Of a DNA stretch of 64,000 nt, positions 10,010-20,015 are shown one piece after another. The DNA lies in IMG/VR virus record IMGVR_UViG_3300029250_000344; one strand, given 5' to 3'. This DNA comes from a virus. The position numbers and the translations under genes are program-made. Below the pieces are notes generated by a model that worked only from the letters and a program-made list of their open reading frames with translations, made no database searches and was not told the DNA's origin. Numbering within the stretch: position 1 is the first letter of the stretch; every line of letters begins with the position of its first letter.

Positions 10010-10297
10010 GACACCAACCTCCCTCTTTTTTTTTGATTGTGACTAAAATAAAAAGCCACGCGGCCTTTCAGCCGTCAGGTATCCGTCCCCAATGTTATCT
10101 CAAGGTTTTTGTGTGCAACACTGCTCCTTACCCTCAGAACTGTTTAATCACACACCGCAGTGCGGCAGGTTCGGATTCACGCCCGCCGGTGCCTATACAT
10201 ACATTCTTGAGTAACGTAGTGCTCGAAGCACTCAGGGTAGTCAGTCTGAGCTTACGATTTCTCGCAAGCCCCGGCTTTAGCCGTGGGCTACTGACTT
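10010..10297 (-). ncRNA. candidate IscB omegaRNA
   Basis: ORF-free leader immediately 5' of iscB. Conserved blocks (TCCCCAATGT, TAACGTAGTGC, AGGGTAGTCA) and a compensatory-substituted hairpin are shared with the leader of the second iscB copy. Confidence 0.5.
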
Positions 10298-11451
10298 GAT
10301 GCAGTCAGACCACGAATGATGCTGTCTATCTCATGCGCGACTGATATGAAATCTGCCTGCCGAAATCCCTTAGTAGTCATAGCGGCGGTGCCAATTCGCA
10401 CGCCAGAGGTCTGCATAGGACTGCGAGATTCGTTCGGTACGCTGTTTTTATTGAGCGTGATGGAGTATTTGTCTAATGCGTCCTGAACGGCCTTGCCAGT
10501 CAGATTTGGGTGTGTACGTGTAAAATCGAGAAGGAACATGTGGTTGTCTGTACCGCCTGTCACCACTTCGTAGCCCATACGTGTGAATTCATTTGCCATA
10601 GCTTTGGCGTTTGCCTTGACTTGACAGATATAACTGATAAAATCAGGCTTTAAGGCTTCTTCAGCAGTTACAGCTTTTGCCGCTATAGTGTGCATATGTG
10701 GACCACCAGCCAAGCCGGGGAACAGCGCACTATCTACCTTCTTAGCGTATTCAGGTTTGCAGAAGATAAGAGCAGACCTTATGCCGCGTAACGTTTTATG
10801 AGTAGTAGTCGTTACAATATCGGCATAACCAAACGGAGATGGATGCTCTCCCGCCGCTACAAGTCCAGCTATATGGGCGATGTCTGCAAGTAGCAGTGCG
10901 TCATTGGCGTGCGCAATCTCAGCAAAACGCTCAAAGTCAATGACACGGCTATATGCAGATGCGCCAGCCACGATGAGCTTAGGCTTAAACGCCTTAGTCG
11001 TCGCTTCGACGTGTGCCATGTCTATATATCCATTGATATCAAGGCAATAGTGGCGAATATTGTACAATTTGCCAACCTGACTGACGGCAGCACCGTGTGA
11101 AAGATGCCCACCCATATTCAAGTCCAAACTAAGTATGATGTCGTTGGGTTTTAGCACCGTTGCATATGCTACCAAATTAGCGTGCGTACCGCTAAGTGGC
11201 TGAACGTTTACATGATAATCTGTATGGAATACTTCCTGCCACTTCTGTTGGCAGTATAGTTCAAGCTCGTCTACAATATCGCAGCCACCATAGTAGCGTT
11301 TGCCCGGATAGCCCTCGGCATATTTATTGGTTAAGCAACTTCCAGCCGCCTTTAGCACGTTTGCGGATACAAAATTTTCTGATGCTATCAGCTCTATGGT
11401 TGAATCTTGGCGGTTTGCTTCCTTTTGTATCAGTTCAAATACTTTACTCAT
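10288..11451 (-). CDS. glyA: serine hydroxymethyltransferase
   Basis: ELIASENF N-terminal motif and PLP-lysine region THKTLRG. 387 aa. The last codons and the stop lie inside IS-derived sequence. Confidence 0.85.
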   Translation of the reverse strand: MSKVFELIQKEANRQDSTIELIASENFVSANVLKAAGSCLTNKYAEGYPGKRYYGGCDIVDELELYCQQKWQEVFHTDYHVNVQPLSGTHANLVAYATVLKPNDIILSLDLNMGGHLSHGAAVSQVGKLYNIRHYCLDINGYIDMAHVEATTKAFKPKLIVAGASAYSRVIDFERFAEIAHANDALLLADIAHIAGLVAAGEHPSPFGYADIVTTTTHKTLRGIRSALIFCKPEYAKKVDSALFPGLAGGPHMHTIAAKAVTAEEALKPDFISYICQVKANAKAMANEFTRMGYEVVTGGTDNHMFLLDFTRTHPNLTGKAVQDALDKYSITLNKNSVPNESRSPMQTSGVRIGTAAMTTKGFRQADFISVAHEIDSIIRGLTASSQ

Positions 11452-11717
11452 TATACCTCTAACAAAAAATCATCCTCAGAATACAAGAGCTTAATAACCT
11501 CGTCCAAGGTGCAAACATCAGAATGGCTTATTAGCTCTGCTAAGGTGTCGGCATCTTCTACATCAACATCGTTTCTGCTTACGCCTCCTCGTTTCCAAAA
11601 AGAAGCTATCGTTTTGTAATCCAATATAAAATGCACTCCTCGCCCCGACACCCAACCACAGCAATCATCCCATGGGATGTTGAGGTCTAATTTGTTGTTT
11701 AGTGTATATTTAATCAA
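11451..11717 (-). CDS. hypothetical protein
   Basis: ORF. Confidence 0.4.
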   Translation of the reverse strand: MIKYTLNNKLDLNIPWDDCCGWVSGRGVHFILDYKTIASFWKRGGVSRNDVDVEDADTLAELISHSDVCTLDEVIKLLYSEDDFLLEV

Positions 11718-11781
11718 TGTTTATCCTCCTTCGGTTTAATTCCGCATACAGGATCTTCGGTATCCATATGCTCATCCGTAA

Positions 11782-11904
11782 ATATGCATCCGGTCTGCTT
11801 GCTTAAGAAGCTGTGCCAATGTGCTGTCGGCAGGGGCTTCAACTGCGGAGTTATTGTCGTAACCATTAAATATAAATTTAATTGTTTTTGCCATACCTAT
11901 TCTC
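11782..11904 (-). CDS. small ORF (40 aa)
   Basis: Below the track cutoff. Preceded by the RBS AAAAGGAGAATAGG. Confidence 0.3.
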
Positions 11905-11944
11905 CTTTTTATAATATTCTGGGATCAATTCTAAGCACGTGTTG

Positions 11945-12994
11945 TCAGTAATCAAATGCACCACTATTTGATATTAAGTGCATAATAACAGCAACTGTCC
12001 AGCCATTACCAAGACATTTATAAGCCTGCGAGTCGCTTATGACACTCATATCATACCAATCGGGGACAGTTTGCAGTCGTTTACACTCGTTGACGGATAG
12101 CTTACGGACAATGTAAAGGCCATCAGCCAGCCCGATAGGATACCAACTGCCATCAATCAGGATGTGTCTATTAAACACCCTGTATACTATTTTTGCTCTT
12201 ACGTCGCTATCTATCGGCACAGCATATAGTCCCGTCTTCGCTCCCACACCACCTCCTTGACCGCATAGCGTCGTTGCTTTACCTTCAGAAGAATATACGC
12301 GGTACTGCTTACTATCAAACGCTACATTTTTAGCGTTATTCTTAATGGTTCCTATACGTATGGGCTCGGCTACCATGCTATGCCTATGCTTGGTTAGCGT
12401 GTCCTTTACTATAGCCCCTGAGATTCTTGTTGTTAGTGCGTAACTCTTTTCTGTCCACACAGCACCACTATCAATCACGTCTTGCAAACGCCCCCCCCTA
12501 TCGGCAGGTGGAGCTATACCAGCACGAATATATGAGCCATTCGGATTCCGCCTACCCACCCAATACAACCTGCGTCTATTTTGTGCGGATACCAATGCAG
12601 AATTGATCTCTACCGCCTCAAATCCAAACGCTTCATCAATAGCAGCTCGTATGGCCTTACTCATACTCTGGTTGTTCTCGTATAAGAAGTATTTGGGTTT
12701 TGCCTCTTTTACAGCCCGTACATATTGACTAAATAGTTCCCAGCCCATACCACTATTCGGTTGTGTCTCTCGGTTATTCTTCTGGGCTATTGACCAATGT
12801 GTACACGGACTACCGCCAATAAGCCAATCTATATTTTGGTATTGAGTGAAATCAGCAGTAAACACGTCACCACGTTGTTCTGTATTGGGGAAATTGTGTT
12901 GTGTTACTTGAATTGCGTATTTGTCTATTTCGTAAGAGATATAGCGATCTACATCTATGCCAAGTTCTTTGAAAGCTATTTGACCACAACTCAT
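11945..12994 (-). CDS. DNA (cytosine-5)-methyltransferase
   Basis: PC motif GGSPCTHWS and ENN motif. Motif I (LSLFDGMSCG) straddles the ATG, so the real start is probably a non-AUG codon near 13021-13027. Confidence 0.8.
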   Translation of the reverse strand: MSCGQIAFKELGIDVDRYISYEIDKYAIQVTQHNFPNTEQRGDVFTADFTQYQNIDWLIGGSPCTHWSIAQKNNRETQPNSGMGWELFSQYVRAVKEAKPKYFLYENNQSMSKAIRAAIDEAFGFEAVEINSALVSAQNRRRLYWVGRRNPNGSYIRAGIAPPADRGGRLQDVIDSGAVWTEKSYALTTRISGAIVKDTLTKHRHSMVAEPIRIGTIKNNAKNVAFDSKQYRVYSSEGKATTLCGQGGGVGAKTGLYAVPIDSDVRAKIVYRVFNRHILIDGSWYPIGLADGLYIVRKLSVNECKRLQTVPDWYDMSVISDSQAYKCLGNGWTVAVIMHLISNSGAFDY

Positions 12995-13044
12995 GCCGTC
13001 AAATAAACTTAAAACTGATATGCCTATATTTAATTCACCTTACT

Positions 13045-13767
13045 TTATTTGTATTTTATGAAATTTTCGCCATATAGTTTGTTGAGTTCATCAAAGACGT
13101 GCCCCATACCTAAGCCTTCCGAATTAGGCTTCCAAATACCGTCAGCATCATACGCTCCCCCGTTAATGCAATATTTGTATTGAACGGGGTGTGTCTCTTT
13201 AAGGCGTTGGAAGCGGGTAGGAGCTTTGTCGGAGTGACAACCAAACCCACAAAACACACAGCCGGTGCGCGATACTCCTGTCGTATACAGACGCCCTGAC
13301 TCATCTTCCTTAATGTCGCCGTACACAGAGCAGTATGGTACATTGAACTCGCGCAAGTATTGCAAAATATCTTGTTCCGTCACGCCCTGACAACGCTTAT
13401 CGCCGTCCATTTTGTATGGCAGGCGCTTCTTCGTAGTGGCAAACAGGCAATGCTCTGTCAACCCACGGTAATACTGACCAAGACCTACTTTGTCTTTCAT
13501 CCATGTGATTGTGGTGATATATTCAAATCCCCACGCCTTGATACATTCAAACGCTGCTGGTAGATAGTTGTTAGTAGCCCATAAATACAAATGGCATCCT
13601 TCAGGATCAGCCAGTTCGCCTACGGGCAATGCCATAATCTCTTTGACCGACATCAATGGATAATGGCGGTCTGCCCCGCGTTTAATTTTGCCACCCCCTT
13701 GTTCGGGCCAAGGGGGATCAGCGTAGATAGTTTTATATTTATTTTTAGGAAAATTGATTTTTAACAC
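13045..13767 (-). CDS. DNA amino-methyltransferase, DPPW/MT-A70-like family
   Basis: IYADPPWPE motif near the N-terminus. Confidence 0.7.
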   Translation of the reverse strand: MLKINFPKNKYKTIYADPPWPEQGGGKIKRGADRHYPLMSVKEIMALPVGELADPEGCHLYLWATNNYLPAAFECIKAWGFEYITTITWMKDKVGLGQYYRGLTEHCLFATTKKRLPYKMDGDKRCQGVTEQDILQYLREFNVPYCSVYGDIKEDESGRLYTTGVSRTGCVFCGFGCHSDKAPTRFQRLKETHPVQYKYCINGGAYDADGIWKPNSEGLGMGHVFDELNKLYGENFIKYK

Positions 13768-16700
13768 CTCTCATAGTCTTGCAGATACCAATATCCACGA
13801 TTGTCTTTAACTAAAGAACTTGCATACAGTATATCGCCCCGCTTAAATGGGGTGCTGTTATATACCTTGCTACGCACCGTCACCACGGCGTTTTTACCAG
13901 AGCCAACCGACTTGATACCAACCTTATACGCCCATATACTTCCAGAATCTTTACTTTTTAAGGGCGTAAGGTCGGTGATGAATACCTTGCGTCTGTCCTC
14001 TTCTTTGCCGGTTGTAAGGTTGACACACCCCAACAATTCAAGTTGCGTCTTGGCCCGCTCCTGCAATGTCATATCAGGCAAATCTAACGCCCTGATATGC
14101 GCTTCGCAAGCCCTAATCAGCCCCATACAATCCGCAATAGTCCAATTCTTTAGGGGTTGCCCCTTGGCATTTACATCGGTGGCAAATCGTGGCAACAATG
14201 CGGATAAGTCTTCTGCTTGATCCTTGCGCATGGTTTTCGCAGTTCCGCCTTTCAAGCGTCTGAACGCTTCGTTAATCTGGAGCAATGTTGCTGGGTTCCC
14301 GAACTCGGAGAAAAATTCAACTCGTATTAAGATATCAAGCTGCCGCGAGTCTACGGATGTGTGCTGGTTTATCGCATACAATAAATCGGTGAAAGTGTCA
14401 AACGTGTGTGTGTGAGCCAGTTGGTATAACTCATCGGTTATCTGCTTATTCATATACTTAATTGATGTTACACCTTTAGCAATAATGCGCTTGTCTGCGT
14501 CTGCAACATATACATTCTTAGATACACCGAACTTAGGAGGAGTAATGTTAATACCGTACTCTTGTGCTAAGGTACTGCCGTTAACTGTATCCTCCTCATT
14601 CTTGGCATTATTCAAATATGCGGTTATAAACTCATATGGGTGATAGTAGCGGAGATATGCACACATATACCCTATCAGACAATAACCGATTGAATGATTA
14701 TATCCAAACTGATACGACGCACTATCTTCAATAATCTGCAAAAATTCTTTTGCTTCCTGTTCAGCAATCTCTCGCGGCTGCGACGATTTGGCACAATAAC
14801 CCTCCAGAATACGCGGCAAGGCAGCTTGCAGTCTATCCTCTTGTTTTCGACCAATCGCCCTGCGCACATTGTCGGCTTCGCTACCCGACAACCCACATAT
14901 TTGTTGCAGAAACTTTATCGTATCCTCTTGGTAAACCAAGAAATTCAAATTGTTCTTCAGCAACTCATCTATAATTGGTGACGGGTTCGCGTGCGTCTTA
15001 CGCGCCAACAGGTCATTACGATAGGATGCCCCTGACGGTCTGATGGCTGCCGTTACCAACGACATCTCGAAGATCGATGTAGGCTTGAACTGTCGCAACG
15101 CCTGAAACGCAAATGCCGACTCCATTTGGAAAATGCCAACAGGGGAACGCAGCATATCCTTCCACACGGCTTGGTCATCCCAGTCTATCTCGCATGTACG
15201 CGGATACGGCCGGTCAAGCAACCTGTATGTGTCGCGTAATATCTGCACGTTGGCGAGTCCTAACAGGTCGTACTTGACCAAATTGACTTCGTGTACGGCC
15301 TCCATGTCTATTTGTAACACAATCTTGCCTTCGCGTCGCAGCGTACCATACCCATCAGGCAATGTGACGGGGCTAACTATAACGCCAGCCGGATGCATTG
15401 ATTGAGACACAGCGGTGTTAAGAAGCCCATCATAATAATAAAACAGCTCTGGATAAGCTTGCCTTGCCTTATTCTCGTCCGCTTCAAACTCACGTTTAAT
15501 TTTATCTATACAGGCGAGTGTATATGGGTTTGTACCCCTGTTTTTATTTTCGTCCCATCGCAAACTAAGCGCACGCCCTATTTCGTCTATTGTGCCTTTA
15601 GAGCTAATTGTGCCTATGGCGAGGATGTAAGATGTATAATCGCTACCGAATTGGTCGAATATATGTTGATACACACGCTCTCGGCTGTCTGGCGGTAAAT
15701 CAAGGTCAACATCACCCAATTCCTTACGGTCTTCATTACAGAAGCGAGAGAAGACTGTGTGCCACTGTTCGGGGTTCAGGTCTGTGATATCCAACACATA
15801 AGCAACTCGCGAACCACCGACTGAGCCGCGCGAAGGGCCAAGAGGTATGTCGTGGGATTTACACCACCGCACCAACTCTCCTACGAAAAGCATATAGCCC
15901 TTCATATCAACCTTATCAAAGACTCGCCCTTCTTCTTCAATCGCCTCACGGAATGCTTGTGCCTGCTCAGCGGGGATGATACCGCTCTGGACCTTAGCCT
16001 CAAAACACTGTTGTACTTGCTTGTCATATTCTTCCGCATCACGCTGGTGTGACCCGTACAAAATAGGGTATTTGAATGCTGTATCCAGTGTAAAATCCTC
16101 CACCATATCTGCCATAGCATTGGTATTGGATATAGCTTCCGCTATGAGGTTGTCCGGCAATGCTTCTTGCCGCCTAAATATATCCCATAGTTCATCATAT
16201 GTTTTATAAGTTAAATCAAAAGCATCTTCACCGGTGTAAGCGATGTGTTTAGCCTTTTGCAGAATGCTGCGACATTCAGCCTTGTACTTATTGATGCTGT
16301 GGGTATCTGTACCGGCGATGAGCGGCTTGTGATACTGGTGCGACAACTGTGCCAAGTGCTGATTATATAGTACCTGATCCGCACATAGATGAGGCTGGAC
16401 TTCATAATAATCATAGGTACGAGCAAGCTTGTCATACCACGCATTGTCAAGCTGAAGCTTATTAAGCGGCGACGCCAGACACGCACTTATTTTAATAATG
16501 TTTGGGGAGATGCGCACAAACTCATCAAAGCTAATGCGGGGCTTGTAATAGAAGTGATCTTCTTCATACGACCTGCTTACAAGGGAATTTAGTTCCAATA
16601 CACCGTCATAGTTCTTCGCTATCAATACCGTATGGTAATTATCACGCACTTTGTCGCGCGGGTTTTCGGTCAGATAACACTCTACGCCGTGCAGGTACTT

Positions 16701-16883
16701 AATACCCATGGTATCACAATACATCTTTTTATGTACCCAGTTCAGAATGTTACCATGCTCCGTGAACGCTATGGCATGTTGTCCATTCTGTACCGCATAA
16801 TCCACATAGTCACTAAACTTAGTGCAACTATCCAGTAGGCTTAAGTCTGAGTGTAAATGATAAGCTACATAGTTGTCGGGCAC
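13761..16883 (-). CDS. dnaE: DNA polymerase III alpha (DnaE-type) with PHP domain
   Basis: N-terminal PHP motif YVAYHLHSDLSLLDS. 1040 aa. Confidence 0.85.
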   Translation of the reverse strand: MPDNYVAYHLHSDLSLLDSCTKFSDYVDYAVQNGQHAIAFTEHGNILNWVHKKMYCDTMGIKYLHGVECYLTENPRDKVRDNYHTVLIAKNYDGVLELNSLVSRSYEEDHFYYKPRISFDEFVRISPNIIKISACLASPLNKLQLDNAWYDKLARTYDYYEVQPHLCADQVLYNQHLAQLSHQYHKPLIAGTDTHSINKYKAECRSILQKAKHIAYTGEDAFDLTYKTYDELWDIFRRQEALPDNLIAEAISNTNAMADMVEDFTLDTAFKYPILYGSHQRDAEEYDKQVQQCFEAKVQSGIIPAEQAQAFREAIEEEGRVFDKVDMKGYMLFVGELVRWCKSHDIPLGPSRGSVGGSRVAYVLDITDLNPEQWHTVFSRFCNEDRKELGDVDLDLPPDSRERVYQHIFDQFGSDYTSYILAIGTISSKGTIDEIGRALSLRWDENKNRGTNPYTLACIDKIKREFEADENKARQAYPELFYYYDGLLNTAVSQSMHPAGVIVSPVTLPDGYGTLRREGKIVLQIDMEAVHEVNLVKYDLLGLANVQILRDTYRLLDRPYPRTCEIDWDDQAVWKDMLRSPVGIFQMESAFAFQALRQFKPTSIFEMSLVTAAIRPSGASYRNDLLARKTHANPSPIIDELLKNNLNFLVYQEDTIKFLQQICGLSGSEADNVRRAIGRKQEDRLQAALPRILEGYCAKSSQPREIAEQEAKEFLQIIEDSASYQFGYNHSIGYCLIGYMCAYLRYYHPYEFITAYLNNAKNEEDTVNGSTLAQEYGINITPPKFGVSKNVYVADADKRIIAKGVTSIKYMNKQITDELYQLAHTHTFDTFTDLLYAINQHTSVDSRQLDILIRVEFFSEFGNPATLLQINEAFRRLKGGTAKTMRKDQAEDLSALLPRFATDVNAKGQPLKNWTIADCMGLIRACEAHIRALDLPDMTLQERAKTQLELLGCVNLTTGKEEDRRKVFITDLTPLKSKDSGSIWAYKVGIKSVGSGKNAVVTVRSKVYNSTPFKRGDILYASSLVKDNRGYWYLQDYERC

Positions 16884-16887
16884 TTAC

Positions 16888-18858
16888 TTATCCACCTCCT
16901 TCCATGATGGGTGCGCCCAGCACCTCATCTTCTTCGGCTTTAATTGGGTATTCGAGGGTATCCGTATAACGTGTTTTATCCCAAGCATACTGGCGGTCAA
17001 ATTCCTCTGGTGTGCTAAAGAACCTGCGGGATGGTATGTCATAATATAACCCCCACTCAAACCCACTCTTGCCGCGCATCCGGTCTTTAATTACACTAAC
17101 GATAACGTCGTATTTAATTGGGGGCTTCTCCCACCCCTTCCCATTGCGCTTGGGCGTGCCTTCCTTCTCTTTCTTAGTGACACGCTTCAAGCTTAACGCT
17201 CTGTGTGCAAGGTTAATGAGATTAGAACTGCCGCCGATATCGTACATCCCAACGTTATCGGTATACTCTTGCATCTTGCGGGGGTGACAAATCAACACGG
17301 TGGCCACATTATATTTGAGGCTGAACTGAATCAACCAGTTGACCAGTTCTGTTTGCTTGGTGTATTTGCTTTCCTCGTCTCCGCCGAGGTTGATAGTGGT
17401 CAAATTGTCGAGGATAAATAAGCGTGACCCATATTTACGGGCAGCATCTACCATCGAATCTTTAAGGCTTTGTATGTCGTTATCGTAATCATCGCGGTAA
17501 AAATACATACGCCCTTTATAGTAATCCCCTATAGCAGCTTTGGCATCATTATCAACCTTGTAATACACGGTGTCATTATCACCATGATATTTGCTGATAT
17601 GCCTGCGTCCTGCAAACAAATAATTTATCCAGTTGCGAGACATATATGCCGGTAGTTCCCTCGAAAATACCCACGGGTCGTACCCTTGGTCTAAGCACGA
17701 ACAGGCAATCTGATACATAAATGATGTTTTGCCGCTGCCCGGTGTGCCAGAAATTAACGTCAGTGTCCCGAAGAAAAGCCGCATTATCTCTTTGTCTATG
17801 CCCTTAATCCCGGTGTAAATACCGTCTATATCAGATAGGTCTATATCCTCGATATCAGAAAAGTCTATCAAAGACGGTATTGGGGAATCTTGAGCGTTAA
17901 TAATGGTATCCAGAACCTTTTCTTTGCCCCAGCGTATTAAGACTTCGTTTAGATCCTTAACGGGAATCTCCTTGCCGCTGGGAGTAATAAATAGGTCTGG
18001 CACTTTTGCTACCTTGCAGCGCCAGCTTCCTAAACGCGGCACGACTGTCTTGGCGAATTTTGTACCAGATTCATCGTTGTCTGGGCAGATAATAATTTCA
18101 TTGAACTGCTCTAACCAGTCGAAACACTCATCTATCCATCGTGTGTTGCCGTCGCCAAGAGGGATGCTAACGGCGTTAGCAAACCCACTTTCTATGGCAG
18201 CGGCACAGTCAAACTCACCAGAACAAATCAGCAACGGCGCATTGACGTTAATCTTATTCATGTTGTATAACAGCGGAGCTGTGCCATAAGCATTGCCGTG
18301 TTTGTCCTTGAGGCACCATATCTTTGTCTCGCCGTGTTGCACCTTATGTGACGGGCGCACCTTGACCATAGTGAGTACGTCATTCGTGTCAAAGTATTGA
18401 ATTAAAATATTCCCACGCTCATCCTGTTTGAGATTAAGATATTCGCACACTTCAGTGCTGATGCCTCGCCTATTCAAATAAGAATAAGCTTGGTCGCAGT
18501 CGTTGGCATATACGGGCTGGGGATAATAATACGCCTGCTTAGTCTTTACCCCTACTTCGCCAAAACTGTAGGGGATGCTCGCCTTTTCAAACAGCTTGCG
18601 CACTGCCCCCAAATATGTATCGCCCATTAGCATATATGCATCAATAATGTCTAAATTACGATTACATCCAAAGCAGTGAAAGCTGTTCGATTTTGGATTC
18701 CATATCATGCTTGGTGTGTCTTCGTCGTGGAAACAACAAAGACCTTTGTGGTTATGGCTGTCGTATTGCCGTAACCCTACCGTGGCGGCTATTATATCCG
18801 CCCCTTCAACCCCAAGTTTTTCTTTAGCCTTCCATATCTTTTCTTTGTCAATCAGCAT
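16888..18858 (-). CDS. bifunctional DNA primase/helicase
   Basis: Zinc-binding CCFHDE...CFGC, a TOPRIM-like region and a C-terminal Walker A GTPGSGKTSF. Confidence 0.8.
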   Translation of the reverse strand: MLIDKEKIWKAKEKLGVEGADIIAATVGLRQYDSHNHKGLCCFHDEDTPSMIWNPKSNSFHCFGCNRNLDIIDAYMLMGDTYLGAVRKLFEKASIPYSFGEVGVKTKQAYYYPQPVYANDCDQAYSYLNRRGISTEVCEYLNLKQDERGNILIQYFDTNDVLTMVKVRPSHKVQHGETKIWCLKDKHGNAYGTAPLLYNMNKINVNAPLLICSGEFDCAAAIESGFANAVSIPLGDGNTRWIDECFDWLEQFNEIIICPDNDESGTKFAKTVVPRLGSWRCKVAKVPDLFITPSGKEIPVKDLNEVLIRWGKEKVLDTIINAQDSPIPSLIDFSDIEDIDLSDIDGIYTGIKGIDKEIMRLFFGTLTLISGTPGSGKTSFMYQIACSCLDQGYDPWVFSRELPAYMSRNWINYLFAGRRHISKYHGDNDTVYYKVDNDAKAAIGDYYKGRMYFYRDDYDNDIQSLKDSMVDAARKYGSRLFILDNLTTINLGGDEESKYTKQTELVNWLIQFSLKYNVATVLICHPRKMQEYTDNVGMYDIGGSSNLINLAHRALSLKRVTKKEKEGTPKRNGKGWEKPPIKYDVIVSVIKDRMRGKSGFEWGLYYDIPSRRFFSTPEEFDRQYAWDKTRYTDTLEYPIKAEEDEVLGAPIMEGGG

Positions 18859-19615
18859 TTTCGCTCAACTCCGCTTTGTACGGGCAACTATTACGATAGT
18901 CGCACAAATACTCACAGTAGAACTTATCATAGTGCGGTGGCCATTCATGCACCGCCTCTATTGTTTTTATTTGCGCACGTGCCCACTCAACAGCCTCATC
19001 ATATTCATCCATACGAAATGGAAACTCACACGTTGAGCCGGAACGGAACATATTAAATATCAATCGAGTTGGGTATTTGCCATAAACAGAGTGTATATGC
19101 TTGCTATATAGGAGTGGCTGACGGCGGTAATGGATTTTATCCTTTTTGGTTTTCAGTTCTTTTTTGCTCTTGTGGTCAACAATGATTATGTTACCATCGC
19201 CATCTTCTAAGATAAGGTCTATAAAACCTTTTAGCTTAAAGTCCCCAAAATCTTCAACGAACTCCTTCTCAACGCCCAGAATCTTTGTGCCGCCAAGATA
19301 ACCAAACCCATCGAAGTTTTCAAAATAGGCATACCCACCATTATAATACGACTCCCTTAAGTCTACGAAGGCGTTCGGGGGGAAATCAAGATTCACCTGA
19401 ACATCAAATTCGTCTTTGTATTTATCAAGAAGTTCGTACTCGGCTAACTCACCATTAGCGTACTCCTCAAGTAGTTTATGGCAGAAACCACCGTATATTG
19501 CGAAAGCATTTTCCTCCTTTGGAGGCCGCTGTGCGGCGGGTACTATGTAGTTAAGATAGTACCCGTAGCGGCACTGCTCTAATGAGGAAAGGCGACTAAA
19601 GCTGTAAACCGTCAT
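18848..19615 (-). CDS. PD-(D/E)XK Cas4/RecB-like exonuclease
   Basis: DLILED...VDHK motif, plus one N-terminal and three C-terminal Cys (Fe-S cluster pattern). Confidence 0.6.
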   Translation of the reverse strand: MTVYSFSRLSSLEQCRYGYYLNYIVPAAQRPPKEENAFAIYGGFCHKLLEEYANGELAEYELLDKYKDEFDVQVNLDFPPNAFVDLRESYYNGGYAYFENFDGFGYLGGTKILGVEKEFVEDFGDFKLKGFIDLILEDGDGNIIIVDHKSKKELKTKKDKIHYRRQPLLYSKHIHSVYGKYPTRLIFNMFRSGSTCEFPFRMDEYDEAVEWARAQIKTIEAVHEWPPHYDKFYCEYLCDYRNSCPYKAELSENAD

Positions 19616-20013
19616 ATGGGCAGCTCGTCATCGTCTTCCATAAACGACTCGGGCGGCGTAGGTGCGGATGATGTTGTAACGGCGGTTGATTCGCCCTTCT
19701 TTTCTATAAATGCAATGCGCTCTACCTGTACCTCAGTAGCGGTTCGTTTTTCGCCGTCCTTAGTCTCGTAATTACGAACCTGTATGCGGCCTTCTATGCC
19801 AACGCGATCCCCCTTACCAAAATACTTTTCAAGAAGTTCTGCCGTCTGCCGCCACGCCACGCAACGAACAAAGTCAGCTTCGGGGTGTTCCCCCTTGGTG
19901 ACAGGACGATTGATAGCCACGGTAAAGTTACAAACCACGCCACCATCACCAAATGTTTTCAGTTCAGGGTCAGCGGTCAGCCGCCCCATCAGATGCACAC
20001 AGTTTTCAAACAT
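19612..20013 (-). CDS. ssb: single-stranded DNA-binding protein
   Basis: OB-fold-like sequence and acidic tail DDDELPI. Confidence 0.8.
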   Translation of the reverse strand: MFENCVHLMGRLTADPELKTFGDGGVVCNFTVAINRPVTKGEHPEADFVRCVAWRQTAELLEKYFGKGDRVGIEGRIQVRNYETKDGEKRTATEVQVERIAFIEKKGESTAVTTSSAPTPPESFMEDDDELPI

Positions 20014-20015
20014 AA

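Larger units (their letters stand above)
8673..10297 (-). mobile_element. IscB-type IS200/IS605-like OMEGA element, no tnpA
   Basis: Bounded by TTTA-loop hairpins: CCCCTTGCTTTAGCTACGGGG at 8673-8693 and CCCCGGCTTTAGCCGTGGG at 10269-10287. Contains iscB plus its 5' noncoding leader. Confidence 0.6.
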
